Shown: positions 9,107-18,240, counted from the stretch's first letter. The stretch is DNA of 64,000 nucleotides from an uncultured Gammaproteobacteria bacterium (GCA_963726665.1 CAVSDW010000012.1:323690-387689), one strand, 5' to 3'. Made by a program: numbers and translations. The notes: generated from the letters alone by a model not told the origin.

Positions 9107-10894
9107 CTAAGGCTCTCTGGTCAGCGCAATGAACTCCGGATCGCCGCGCAGGGAGTCGAGATCCGGGTCGTGCTTCATCCAGGCCAGGCTGCTGTAGCCC
9201 AGCGCCATCGCCTGCCGCAGCGCTTCCAGGCGCGCTGCTTCTCGCCGAGGACCGCGTACAGGCAGGCGCCGTTGTAGAACATCAGCGAATCGCCGGGGCT
9301 CAATTCGAGCGCAGTAGCCCCTTCCGCGATCGCCGCGCTCCGTCTGGCCGACTTCGGCAAGCGTGATCGCGTAGATCATCCTTGCCCGCGAATCGTCCGG
9401 GTTCTGGAGCAGGTAGTTGGGCATCATCCCCAGCACGTGCCGGGTCGTCGCCTGTTCCTCCGCCTTGCGCCCGAGCCCCGCGTACGCCTGCTCGAGATCG
9501 CAGTAGGCCACATAAACCCGGGCTTGATCTCGATGACGCGCTGAAACAGCGCCAGCGCCTCGGCGAAATTGCCGCTCGAGAACTGGATCCGCCCGAGGGT
9601 CCAGCACGCGATGAAGTCTTCGGGGTCGAGGTCGATGGCCTTCCTGCCCGATGCGGCAGCCTCGTCGAACTTGCCCCAGATGAAGTACGACAGGCCATTG
9701 CCGTGTAGGCCTCGGCCAGGTTGCCGTCGTACATCAGGGCCTTGAAGCTGAATTCCTGGGCCTTGTCCCGGTACTTCTCCTCGCGCGAGAACCACTGGTA
9801 CATCTGCCCGTAGGCGCACGAGCATCCCGCATAGGCGGCCGCGTAACGCGGGTCGAGCTCGATGGCCTTCTCGAACAGCTGCACCGCGTATTCGGTGCCG
9901 CGCTTGCTCATGCCGGTACAGGTAGTCCTGGCCGCGCAGGTACAGGTCGTAGGCCTGCGCGTTGACGGTCTGGCGCTTGGTGAGCGAACCTTCTCGGACA
10001 TGCTGAGCTTGAGCCTGAGCGCCTCGACGATCTGCTCGGCCACCTGCTCCTGGATGTCGAAGATGTCGTCGAGTTCGCCCTTGTAGGTATTGCCCCAGAG
10101 CTGGCGGTTCGTCGCCACGTCCACGAGCTGCACCGTGATGCGTACCGACTCCTGGAACCGGCGCACGCTGCCGCCGACGATGTAGCGCGCGCCGAGCTCG
10201 TTGCCGATGCCGCGGATGTCCTGCACGCGCCCCTTGTACTGCATCGACGCCCAGCGCGAGACGAGTTCGATCCCGCTCACGAGCGAGAGCCGCGCGATCA
10301 GCTCCTCGGTCAGCCCGTCGCTGAAGTAGTCGGTCTCCTGGTCGGGGCTGATGTTGTCGAAGGGCAGCACGGCGACCGCACCCGACGTCGCCTGGTCTCG
10401 GCGCCCTGGGTGCCTTGCGCTCCGGCCGGCAGGCCCGCGGCTTCCTCACCGCAGCGCCCGGCTCGTGCTCCGGCTGGCTGCGCGATGGTCACGCCCGCCC
10501 GCTCGAGCGAGCGCAGGATGGTCTTCAGGTTCTCTTCGTGATCGCCGTCGAAGTACTCGATGTGCTGGATGCCGGCCAGCGCGTACTTGAGGCCGGGCGG
10601 CATGTGGTCGGCTCGAGTCGACGGGCAGGATGTGTCCCTTGCGCTCGCTCACGAGCACCACTTCCTTGGCGACGTTGTGCGAGCGGGCGGCCGACTCGAG
10701 CTCACCACCAGCAACAGCACCTTCGCCTGGTCGAGCGCGTTGACGATCTCCTCGCCCCACAGCGTCGCGCCGTCGATCCCGCCCTGGTCGATCCAGACCG
10801 ACACCCCGGCCGCTCGCAGCCTCGAGGCAAGCTCGTGCACGCGATCCTGGTCATCGCGGGAATAGCTGATGAAGACGTCTGCCGGACTGGCCAT
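9107..10894 (-). pseudogene. TIR domain / TolB_N-like / TPR-repeat protein, disrupted by about 9 frameshifts
   Basis: The protein is readable only by hopping frames. TIR: MASPADVFISYSRDDQDRVHELASRLRAAGVSVWIDQGGI..G..WGEEIVNALDQAKVLLLVVS | AARSHNVAKEVVLVSERKGHILPV | MPPGLKYALAGIQHIEYFDGDHEENLKTILRSLERAG. TolB_N-like: AVLPFDNISPDQETDYFSDGLTEELIARLS...ARYIVGGSVRR...RITVQLVDV. TPR blocks: SLTKRQTVNAQAYDLYLRGQDYLYR | SKRGTEYAVQLFEKAIELDPRYAAAYAG... | GLSYFIWGKFDEAAASGRKAIDLDPEDF...IEIKPGF | VYVAYCDLEQAYAGLGRKAEE...LAEVGQTE | SAAIAEGATALELSPGDSLMFYNGACLYAVLGEKQ | EAARLEALRQAMALGYSSLAWMKHDPDLDSLRGDPEFIALTREP. Frame switches lie near 10694, 10618, 10385-10475, 9992, 9910, 9696, 9515, 9338 and 9238. 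Confidence 0.8.
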
Positions 10895-11000
10895 GCGCTC
10901 GACGTATATCCGTAGGTGCTGGGCGAGGATTTCCCGGGGCGCGCTTCCACCCTGACGCCTAAGGCTAGCGCATTGCCCCGGCCAATAGAAGGCGATTGCC

Positions 11001-12383
11001 TCAGCCGGCCGCCTTTCTTCGCAGCACGAACGCCACCGCGAACCCGCCCGCCACCAGCAGGCTCATCCAGAGCTGGCTCGCGAGGGAGGGCGTGAGCCCC
11101 ATGAAGACCATGATCGCGACCATGGCCACGATCGCGAGCCACGTGCCCCAGGGATGCAGCCACATGCGGATCTGCAGACGCTCGGGTGCCGTCGCCTCGA
11201 ACCGGGCGCGCAGGCGCAACTGGGCCGCCGACACCAGCAGGTACAGCAGCATCATCGTCACGCCCGAGGAATTCAGCAGGAAGCTGAAGACGTGGTCCGG
11301 CGACAGCCGCTCGGCCGCGAGCGCGACGTAGCTGAAGAGACTCGCCACGACGATCGCACGGGCCGGCACCTTGCGGGAGTTCACCTGCACCAGCCACTTC
11401 GGCGCGTCGCCGTACTTGGCGAGGCCGAATAGCGCGCGCGAGGTCACGTAGAGCCCCGAGTTCAGGCAGGAGAGCACTGCGACCAGCACGACCGCGTTCA
11501 TGATCACGTCCGCGCGGCCGTAGCCCATGTACCTGAGCGACGTCGCGAAAGGCGAGATGCCGGGCACGATCTCGGTCCACGGCACCACCGCGACGATGAG
11601 CAGGATCGAGATCACATAGAAGATCAGGATCCGCACCGACACCGTGACCGTCATGCGCGAGATCGTCTTCGCCGGCTCCTCGGACTCCGCCGCCGCGATG
11701 GTTGCGATCTCCGCGCCGCAGAGCGAGAAGATGGTGGACGTCACGCCCGCCAGCACCACCGCCCAGCCGTACGGCGCGAAACCGCCGTGCTGCGTGAGGT
11801 TGCCGAAGGACGGACCGCCGCCCGAGGTGATCCCGAACGCAAAGGCTCCGGCCACCAGGATGAATACGATGATCGCGGCCACCTTGATGGACGAGAACCA
11901 GAACTCGAACTCGCCGTAGGAGCGAGCCGACATCAGGTTCACCGCCGTCAGCACGGCCATGAGTGCGACGCCGACCATCCACACCGGCAGCATCGGGAAC
12001 CAGTCGCTGATGATCTTGGCGCCGGCGATGGCCTCGATGGCGACCACCACGACCCAGAAATACCAGTAGAGCCAGCCCGACAGGAACCCGGCGAGGTGAC
12101 CGAGGCCGACGCGCGCGAACTCGGGAAAGGTCTTCGCGCCTTCGACCGCGATCGCCATCTCCGAGAGCATGCGCATCACGAGCAGGATGATGAGTCCGGC
12201 GATCGCGTAGGACACCACGGCCGCGGGACCGGCGGTCTTGATCGCGGTGGACGAGCCGACGAACAAGCCCGCCCCGATGATCCCGCCGATCGCGATCATG
12301 GACACGTGCCGCGAGCGCAGGCTGCGACTGAGCTCTGCGCCGCCACTGACCTCGGTCGCAACGGCCTCCGCGATGTGCGTCAC
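11001..12383 (-). CDS. Amino acid permease (APC superfamily, GabP/AroP-like)
   Basis: LRSRHVSMIAIGGIIGAGLFVGSS..I...GPA...SY...G........L.EMA; 12 predicted TM segments; about 460 aa from GTG at 12383, which has a GGGGGGAG Shine-Dalgarno 3 nt upstream. The upstream part of the 567-aa ORF is Arg/Pro-rich junk. Confidence 0.88.
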   Translation of the reverse strand: MTHIAEAVATEVSGGAELSRSLRSRHVSMIAIGGIIGAGLFVGSSTAIKTAGPAAVVSYAIAGLIILLVMRMLSEMAIAVEGAKTFPEFARVGLGHLAGFLSGWLYWYFWVVVVAIEAIAGAKIISDWFPMLPVWMVGVALMAVLTAVNLMSARSYGEFEFWFSSIKVAAIIVFILVAGAFAFGITSGGGPSFGNLTQHGGFAPYGWAVVLAGVTSTIFSLCGAEIATIAAAESEEPAKTISRMTVTVSVRILIFYVISILLIVAVVPWTEIVPGISPFATSLRYMGYGRADVIMNAVVLVAVLSCLNSGLYVTSRALFGLAKYGDAPKWLVQVNSRKVPARAIVVASLFSYVALAAERLSPDHVFSFLLNSSGVTMMLLYLLVSAAQLRLRARFEATAPERLQIRMWLHPWGTWLAIVAMVAIMVFMGLTPSLASQLWMSLLVAGGFAVAFVLRRKAAG

Positions 12384-12589
12384 TGCTCCCCCCGATCCCG
12401 TCGCGACGGCGACGCTGTGGCGCAGGATACATGCACGGGCGGGACTGTCCACCGCCGACCTCGTGCCACGACGGGCACCGGGCGGCGACGCCGGGTGTGG
12501 TCTCACAGGAGGAGCGCGCCTGGTCTTGACGTAAGTCTGCGATCGGTTCACAAACGGTCGACGCACGTCGGCAACGCCGGGGGCATTCC

Positions 12590-14065
12590 GTGAACAGACT
12601 GACCGCAATAGGCTTCGTCGCGCTCGGCGCCGTCGCACTCGCCGTGGTGGTGCTCGTGGTCCGCACCGTGGCCTTCGAACCTCCGGCAGCACACGACTTC
12701 GCATCCGTGCAGCTGGCCGAGGCCCCGCGCGTGGACGTCCCGCAGGCGGCCCGGCACCTCGCCGAGGCCATTCGCTTCCGCACCGTCAGCCACCAGGACC
12801 CCGCCAACAACGACTGGGCCGAATGGGACCGGTTCGATGCCTGGCTGACCGCCACCTACCCTGCCGCGCACGCGGTGATGACCCGCGAGATCGCCGCGGA
12901 CCACACGCTCGTCTACACCTGGCAGGGCGCAGACAGGACGCTGGCCCCCGTCGTGCTCATGGCGCATCACGACGTCGTACCGGTCACGGAGGGTACGGAG
13001 GGCGACTGGAAGCACCCGCCGTTCGACGGCGTGGTCGCCGAGGATGCCGTCTGGGGACGCGGCTCCGTCGACGACAAGGGCTCGCTCATCGCAATTTTCG
13101 AGGCCGTGGAAGCCCTGGAAAACTCAGGATTCCGGCCTCGGCGCACAGTGATCGTGCTGAGCGGCCACGACGAGGAGGCAGGCGGCGCGGGCGTACGGGC
13201 CGTCGCCGCATCGTGGCGGTCGCGCAGCCTCGCGCCATCGTTCGCGCTCGACGAGGGCCTCGCCGTGGTCTCGGACCTGCCGCTCGTCGGCCGCCCGGTC
13301 GCGCTCATAGGGGTCGCCGAGAAGGGCTACGCGACGCTGCGCATCGTCGCGCCCGCGAAGGGCGGCCACTCCTCCGCTCCGCCGCCCGAGACCGGCGTCG
13401 AGGTGCTCGCCAAGGCAGTGCTCGCCGTCGCGTCGCGCCCGTTCCCGATGCGCTTCAGCGGGCCGGCGGCCGACATGATCCGCACGCTCGCACCCGAGGC
13501 CGGGCTCGGCGTACACGTGGCGGTCGCCAACACCTGGCTGCTCGAGCCGCTGCTGATCGCGAAGATCTCGGCCACGCCCGCGGGCGCGGCGTCGCTGCAC
13601 ACCACCATCGCGCCGACCATGCTGCGCGGCAGCCCCAAGGAAAACGTGCTGCCCCAGGACGCGACCGCGTGGATCAACTACCGCATCGCGCCGCAGGACA
13701 CGGCAGCGCAGGTGATGGCGCGCGCGGAAACCGCGACGCGCAGGCTCGACGTCCAGCTCGCGTGGGAAGGCCCCGCCTACGATCCATCGCCCGTGTCGTC
13801 CACCGATTCGGACGCTTACCGCATCATCGGCGCCCTCGTCTCCGACGGCGGGCGCGTGCCCGTGGCACCGGGGCTCGTCACCGCGACGACCGACAGCCGC
13901 TACCTCGCGGGTATCGCGCAGCAGGTGTACCGTTTCCAGCCGATCGTCGCGTCACTGCGCGATTTCGAGATGATCCACGGCACCAACGAACACCTGACGC
14001 TGGACAATCTCCGGCGCATGACGGACTTCTACTCCGGGCTGATTGCAACCTCCGCGTCGCGGTGA
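12590..14065 (+). CDS. M20 family metallopeptidase (carboxypeptidase-like) with N-terminal membrane anchor
   Basis: N-terminal TM helix IGFVALGAVALAVVVLVV. M20 metal ligand motifs LMAHHDVVPV, WGRGSVDDKGS, SGHDEEAGG and a C-terminal IHGTNE. GTG start. Confidence 0.85.
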   Translation: MNRLTAIGFVALGAVALAVVVLVVRTVAFEPPAAHDFASVQLAEAPRVDVPQAARHLAEAIRFRTVSHQDPANNDWAEWDRFDAWLTATYPAAHAVMTREIAADHTLVYTWQGADRTLAPVVLMAHHDVVPVTEGTEGDWKHPPFDGVVAEDAVWGRGSVDDKGSLIAIFEAVEALENSGFRPRRTVIVLSGHDEEAGGAGVRAVAASWRSRSLAPSFALDEGLAVVSDLPLVGRPVALIGVAEKGYATLRIVAPAKGGHSSAPPPETGVEVLAKAVLAVASRPFPMRFSGPAADMIRTLAPEAGLGVHVAVANTWLLEPLLIAKISATPAGAASLHTTIAPTMLRGSPKENVLPQDATAWINYRIAPQDTAAQVMARAETATRRLDVQLAWEGPAYDPSPVSSTDSDAYRIIGALVSDGGRVPVAPGLVTATTDSRYLAGIAQQVYRFQPIVASLRDFEMIHGTNEHLTLDNLRRMTDFYSGLIATSASR

Positions 14066-14116
14066 ACTCCCGCGCGGCCACGCCGGCGCGCAACCCTGGC
14101 CGACCTGGCCCCGCGT

Positions 14117-15919
14117 TCAGCCCAGGCGGACGATGTCCTCCTGGGCCACGGACCGCTCGCGATGCATCAGGATCCACTGCGCATGCTCCTCGAGCGCCGC
14201 ATCGCCCAGCGCCTTCAAGGTCCCGCGTCGCTTCGCGTCGTCGTCGGCTTCGTCGATGCGGCGCCTGGCGTTGTAGAAGATCCGGCCCATGAACTCGAAC
14301 TGCTTGATGAGTTCGGCCTCGGCCGTGGCCTTGGCATAAGACTGCCGCACGCCCACCGCGAGCAGCACGCACCCCATGACGTATACGAGCGGTGAACGCA
14401 CGACTTCGGGCACGCCGGCGCCGACGAACATCAGCACCGCCAGCGTCGCGGTACTGGCCCAGATTCCCGCGCGCCCGATGCGGCTGGTCAGGGCGCGCTT
14501 GCGCACCCGCTCGGCGGTCCTGCGCAGGAAGTACCCGAGCTGCCCGGATCGTTCGTCGCCGATCCACTCGTCCACTGCGAACCGGAGCCCCGCCGGGTCC
14601 GCGCCCTTGCGTGCGTCGTACTCCGTGCCCGCCACGCGCATCACGTTGCGGATCCAGCCGAGCTCAGGGTCCTGCATCTGCAGGAAGTTGTCGTGGGCGA
14701 ACTTGGTGAGGCTGCCGCTCGTCACGCCGGCCGCGGCCCAGTAGAACTGGACCCGAAGTCCCTCGGCCAGCGTGCGGTAGTCGAGGTACTTCCGGTGCCA
14801 CGCGCCCTTTCCCGCCAGTCGATTGATGCCGGTCGCAGCCAGCATGAGCCCCAGCACGAAGAACAGGAACAGTCTCGTCGTGTTGAAATCCGTGTAGGAC
14901 ATGTAGGCGAGGCCGGTCAGGAATACGCAGGTGTGGCTCACCCGCAGGGTCAGCAGGAAGCGCTTCTGGAAGTGGACCGCGAGCCAGTCTGCAGCGCAGA
15001 ACACGCGGTTGATGTCGGAGAGCCCCGCCGGCAGGCTCGCGGCCTGCGCATCCGTGAGCAGCGGATAGCACCCTTGCTCGATCTCGCCCGAGTGCAGCGC
15101 CGCATCGCGGCCGAACTCGCTCGACCGCTCGAACACGCGCCGGTAGCGCGCCGGCATTTTGTCGGTACGCGGGTTGTCCTCGTCGGTCGTGAACCATGTG
15201 ACCGCGAGCGGCTCGAAACCCTCGGCGGGCGCGCCGTCGGGCCGATCGCGCGAACAGACGATGTGATACACGAGGTCGCTCTCGTCGTCGGTGAGCGCGA
15301 GGCGGCTGGCGGAACTCTGGCCAGCGTAGCCCGGCATCACGTCGCGGTGATGGAAATGCACGACCTGGCTCGTGCCACCGACCTGCGCGGACGGCTTGCC
15401 GTCCCACAGCGCGAGGAGGATGTGACAGTGCGCGCAGAGAAAGACGCCGCACTGCGCGTACTGGGCCTGGCGATTCACCTGCGACCCGTCGGCCGGCACG
15501 ACTCCGGCGGACGCGACCAGCGACAACTCGAACACGTCGGCCGCAGCGGCGCACAGTCGATCGAATTCGGCACGCGATCCTGGCGTGGCGAAATCCTGGG
15601 CGTAGAAATCCCTGGGCATCGGAAGCACCGCCACCAGCGGTATGCCGATGTCGAGCGCCTCCTCGGCGACCAGCCGGTCGGCGCCTTCGGCCAGCGCGGA
15701 CATCATCATGATCGCGCGGTCCGGATAGGCGTCTCGCAGCCCCACGATGAGGTCCCTGACGCGCGCGCGTATCGCGGGAATTTCAGCCGGCAGCAGGTCG
15801 CGGTGCCCGGTGGCGGCCACGACCAGCGGCACTGCGAACACCGCTCTCGCACCGGCGCCCCGCGTCCCCGACCAGGGATCGAAGCTCGTCGCGGCCGTTT
15901 GATCACCGTTGGCAGTCAT
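14117..15919 (-). CDS. SLOG-like (YpsA/DprA-type) domain protein fused to two 2-TM (SLATT-like) modules; function unknown
   Basis: 600 aa. N-terminal residues 27-195: VFAVPLVVAATGHRDL...IMMMSALAEGADRLVAEEALDIGIPLVAVLPMPRDFY...HILLALWDGKPSAQVGGTSQVV, the pattern seen in YpsA/DprA/LOG Rossmannoid folds. Hydrophobic hairpins sit at about aa 328-368 (CVFLTGLAYMSY / LFLFFVLGLMLAATGI) and aa 485-524 (GIWASTATLAVLMFVGAGV / LVYVMGCVLLAVGV). Each hairpin is followed by a basic amphipathic helix. Confidence 0.6.
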   Translation of the reverse strand: MTANGDQTAATSFDPWSGTRGAGARAVFAVPLVVAATGHRDLLPAEIPAIRARVRDLIVGLRDAYPDRAIMMMSALAEGADRLVAEEALDIGIPLVAVLPMPRDFYAQDFATPGSRAEFDRLCAAAADVFELSLVASAGVVPADGSQVNRQAQYAQCGVFLCAHCHILLALWDGKPSAQVGGTSQVVHFHHRDVMPGYAGQSSASRLALTDDESDLVYHIVCSRDRPDGAPAEGFEPLAVTWFTTDEDNPRTDKMPARYRRVFERSSEFGRDAALHSGEIEQGCYPLLTDAQAASLPAGLSDINRVFCAADWLAVHFQKRFLLTLRVSHTCVFLTGLAYMSYTDFNTTRLFLFFVLGLMLAATGINRLAGKGAWHRKYLDYRTLAEGLRVQFYWAAAGVTSGSLTKFAHDNFLQMQDPELGWIRNVMRVAGTEYDARKGADPAGLRFAVDEWIGDERSGQLGYFLRRTAERVRKRALTSRIGRAGIWASTATLAVLMFVGAGVPEVVRSPLVYVMGCVLLAVGVRQSYAKATAEAELIKQFEFMGRIFYNARRRIDEADDDAKRRGTLKALGDAALEEHAQWILMHRERSVAQEDIVRLG

Positions 15920-16139
15920 GCGCTGGCGACCATACTGGAACGCTGCGGCCGATGCACCTCGCCCCCTCGCGCGCCAGGACTCACGGTCGGGCAGGCGTCA
16001 TGGTCTTGCGGCGCAAGAACGCCCTCCGGAGCGTCGTAGACCGCGACCCATGTCGCAGGCTCGGCATGCCGCGGGGCGACACCGGTTGCGAGCCGGGATC
16101 CGGTACTACACTGGACGTGGAAACACGACTGGATGGGAC

Positions 16140-16817
16140 ATGAGCGCAGCGCACAAGCGGATCGCCGAACTCCTCGATCGCTGGCAGGCGAGCGTCGAAC
16201 TGCACTCGCGCTACCTCGACCTGGACGACGCGGCCTATGCGAAAGTGCAGGACTGGCCGCAGCACCGGCGTCCCACGCGCTGGATCGTGGACCTGGCGCG
16301 ATCACGCCTGCAGGACCTGAAGCGCCAGCTCGCGGATCGCCAGGCGCAGGGCGACGACGGCTACGCGGAATCGCTGGAGCTCATGAGCTTCCTCACGACG
16401 CTGCTCGGATCCGAGCACATCGATCGATACATTCCGCTGGCCTCTGCGGCGGCGGCCGTGAGCGCGCCGTCCGCAGCGGGAACCGCCTCCGCGGGCGGCG
16501 AGAAGCGCGCAGGCACTGACGCGGCAACGATACGACCTCGCCCCTCCGTCGAGCCGAGCGGCGCGAAACCGCGCCCGGCCCGGGCCCCGTCCACCGCCGC
16601 AAAACCGGCGAAGGCGGAAAAGCCGCCCAAGCCGGACAAGGCCGCCGCAACCGTGATCGCCGACGCCGCGCGCCTGCTTTCGTGGGGCCGCGAATGGCCG
16701 CAGCTCGCGGGCTTGATCGCCCGCCTCGCCGACCGGCCGTCGGAGCAGGAAGTGTGGGCCATCCTGCGGACCCACCGCGCTGCCATCGAAGCCCGCGCCC
16801 GGCGCGTTCCAGACTGA
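16140..16817 (+). CDS. Hypothetical protein (two helical regions joined by an Ala/Pro/Lys-rich linker)
   Basis: MSAAHKRIAELLDRWQASVELHSRYLDLDDAAYAKV...; linker SAPSAAGTASAGGEKRAG...AKPRPARAPSTAAKPAKAEKPPKPDKAAA; C-terminal LLSWGREWPQLAGLIARLADRPSEQEVWAILRTH. No family recognised. Codon usage fits the frame. Confidence 0.5.
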   Translation: MSAAHKRIAELLDRWQASVELHSRYLDLDDAAYAKVQDWPQHRRPTRWIVDLARSRLQDLKRQLADRQAQGDDGYAESLELMSFLTTLLGSEHIDRYIPLASAAAAVSAPSAAGTASAGGEKRAGTDAATIRPRPSVEPSGAKPRPARAPSTAAKPAKAEKPPKPDKAAATVIADAARLLSWGREWPQLAGLIARLADRPSEQEVWAILRTHRAAIEARARRVPD

Positions 16818-16922
16818 TCGCTGCCGCGAATCCCTGCTCTCCCAGGTCTTGGCGACCGCGCGGCTGTTGAGGTATGGTCGCCCGCTCGCGCCGGGAACCA
16901 TGACCTCTGGAGTGCCGTCCGA

Positions 16923-17393
16923 ATGACCATCCGATCCGCGTTTCGTCCCGCCTTGATGTTCTTTGCGGTCGCAGCCCTGTCGGGCGCGGCCCTTGCGGAC
17001 GGTCCGCCGTCCAAGGCCGAGCAGGCGCTGACTTACCGCAAGGCGCTCTACGAGGCCATCGTCTGGAACGTTCAGCCGATGGCCGCGATGGCCAAGGACA
17101 AGACGCCATTCAATGCCCAGGAATTCGCGCTGCGCGCAGGGCGCGTCGCGGCCCTGACGCCGATGCTGGCAGAGGCCTACCCGCCGGAATCCCAGGGTGT
17201 AGCCAACTCGAAGCTGAAGCCCGAGATGTGGGCCAACCGCGCCGACTTCGACGCCAAGCTCAAGGACCTCGTGGACCGCAGCGCCGCGCTCGCACAGGTC
17301 GCAAAGGCCGGCGACCCGGCGAAGACCAAGGCCGCCTTCTTCAGCCTGGCGGACACCTGCAAGGCCTGCCACGAGAAGTACAAGGCCGACTGA
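16923..17393 (+). CDS. Cytochrome c' (class II cytochrome c)
   Basis: Signal peptide, a four-helix-bundle-like sequence and a C-terminal heme motif CKACHEKYK near the end, as in cytochrome c'. Confidence 0.85.
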   Translation: MTIRSAFRPALMFFAVAALSGAALADGPPSKAEQALTYRKALYEAIVWNVQPMAAMAKDKTPFNAQEFALRAGRVAALTPMLAEAYPPESQGVANSKLKPEMWANRADFDAKLKDLVDRSAALAQVAKAGDPAKTKAAFFSLADTCKACHEKYKAD

Positions 17394-17408
17394 TTCAGCA
17401 GGGCTGAT

Positions 17409-18071
17409 TCAGTAGAGAGCGATCTCGGCCTCCGGCGCCGCGCTCACGGCGAGCGCGAGCGCGACCGCGAGCGCCGCGACGATGGCGAGCGCAAGGAGCG
17501 TCCGCGAGCCACCGGCAGCGTCCGCGGCCGGCACCTCGGCTGCGGGCTTGCGCCCGGTGATCATGGCGCGCAGCAGTGACCTGCCGGCCACACGCTCGTA
17601 CCAGGCGATGGCGAGCACGTGCAGCGCGACGAGCGCGAGCAGCAGGTTCGAATTGGCCGCGTGCAGGCCCGTGACCCGGTTGCTCGTTGCCGGCGCGATC
17701 CAGCCGTAGAAGGGACCGGCATTCACGATCTCGTCGTTGGCGAAAAGACCGGTCGCTGCCTGCACCAGCAGCACGGCCAGCATGGCGAGCACGCTCAGCG
17801 CGCCGAGCGGGTTGTGACCGGGCGTGGCGCGCAGAGGCCGGCTGCGCAGATAGGCAAGCACCGCACCCGGGCCACTCACGAACGACGTAAATCGCGCATG
17901 CCTCGTGCCCACGAAACCCCAGACGATGCGAAAGGTGACCAGCACCAGCGTCGCGTAGCCGAATGAGCGGTGCCAGCCGAACCAGCGCGTCCCCGCGTAG
18001 TGCGTAACCCACGCGCCCGCCACCGTCACCGCGAGCGCCCAGTGAGTCGCCCGCAGTGGCAGGTCCCACAC
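17409..18071 (-). CDS. Cytochrome b561 family protein (Ni/Fe-hydrogenase b-type cytochrome-like)
   Basis: WDLPLRATHWALAVTVAGAWVTHY......HRSFGYATLVLVTFRIVWGF.G..HARF, with four TM helices and conserved His pairs. It is convergent with cytochrome c'. Confidence 0.8.
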   Translation of the reverse strand: MWDLPLRATHWALAVTVAGAWVTHYAGTRWFGWHRSFGYATLVLVTFRIVWGFVGTRHARFTSFVSGPGAVLAYLRSRPLRATPGHNPLGALSVLAMLAVLLVQAATGLFANDEIVNAGPFYGWIAPATSNRVTGLHAANSNLLLALVALHVLAIAWYERVAGRSLLRAMITGRKPAAEVPAADAAGGSRTLLALAIVAALAVALALAVSAAPEAEIALY

Positions 18072-18240
18072 CAGCCGCGTCGTCGGCGCCGTTGCCGCTG
18101 CCTGCCGCCGTTACATGCGTCGTCATCCGGTCTCCATCCGCCCGCCTGCAGTCCGGCAATTCTATCAACGCCTGCGTGACTCGCTCCGCGGCGTGCATTA
18201 GTGTTTCCTCAGTCCAAGCTCGCCCGCCACGATTCCACAC

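Noticed and set aside
12384-12589. Possible riboswitch or leader upstream of the amino-acid permease
   Set aside because: Only a short CGTCGC/GCGACG hairpin is present. I could not recognise glycine, lysine or other riboswitch cores. The spacer is adequately explained as a divergent promoter region.
17391-17415. Duplicated CTGATTCAG at the cytochrome c'/b561 junction
   Set aside because: The 9-mers simply contain the two convergent stop codons (TGA on each strand). They form no stable hairpin, and there is nothing further to support a functional element.
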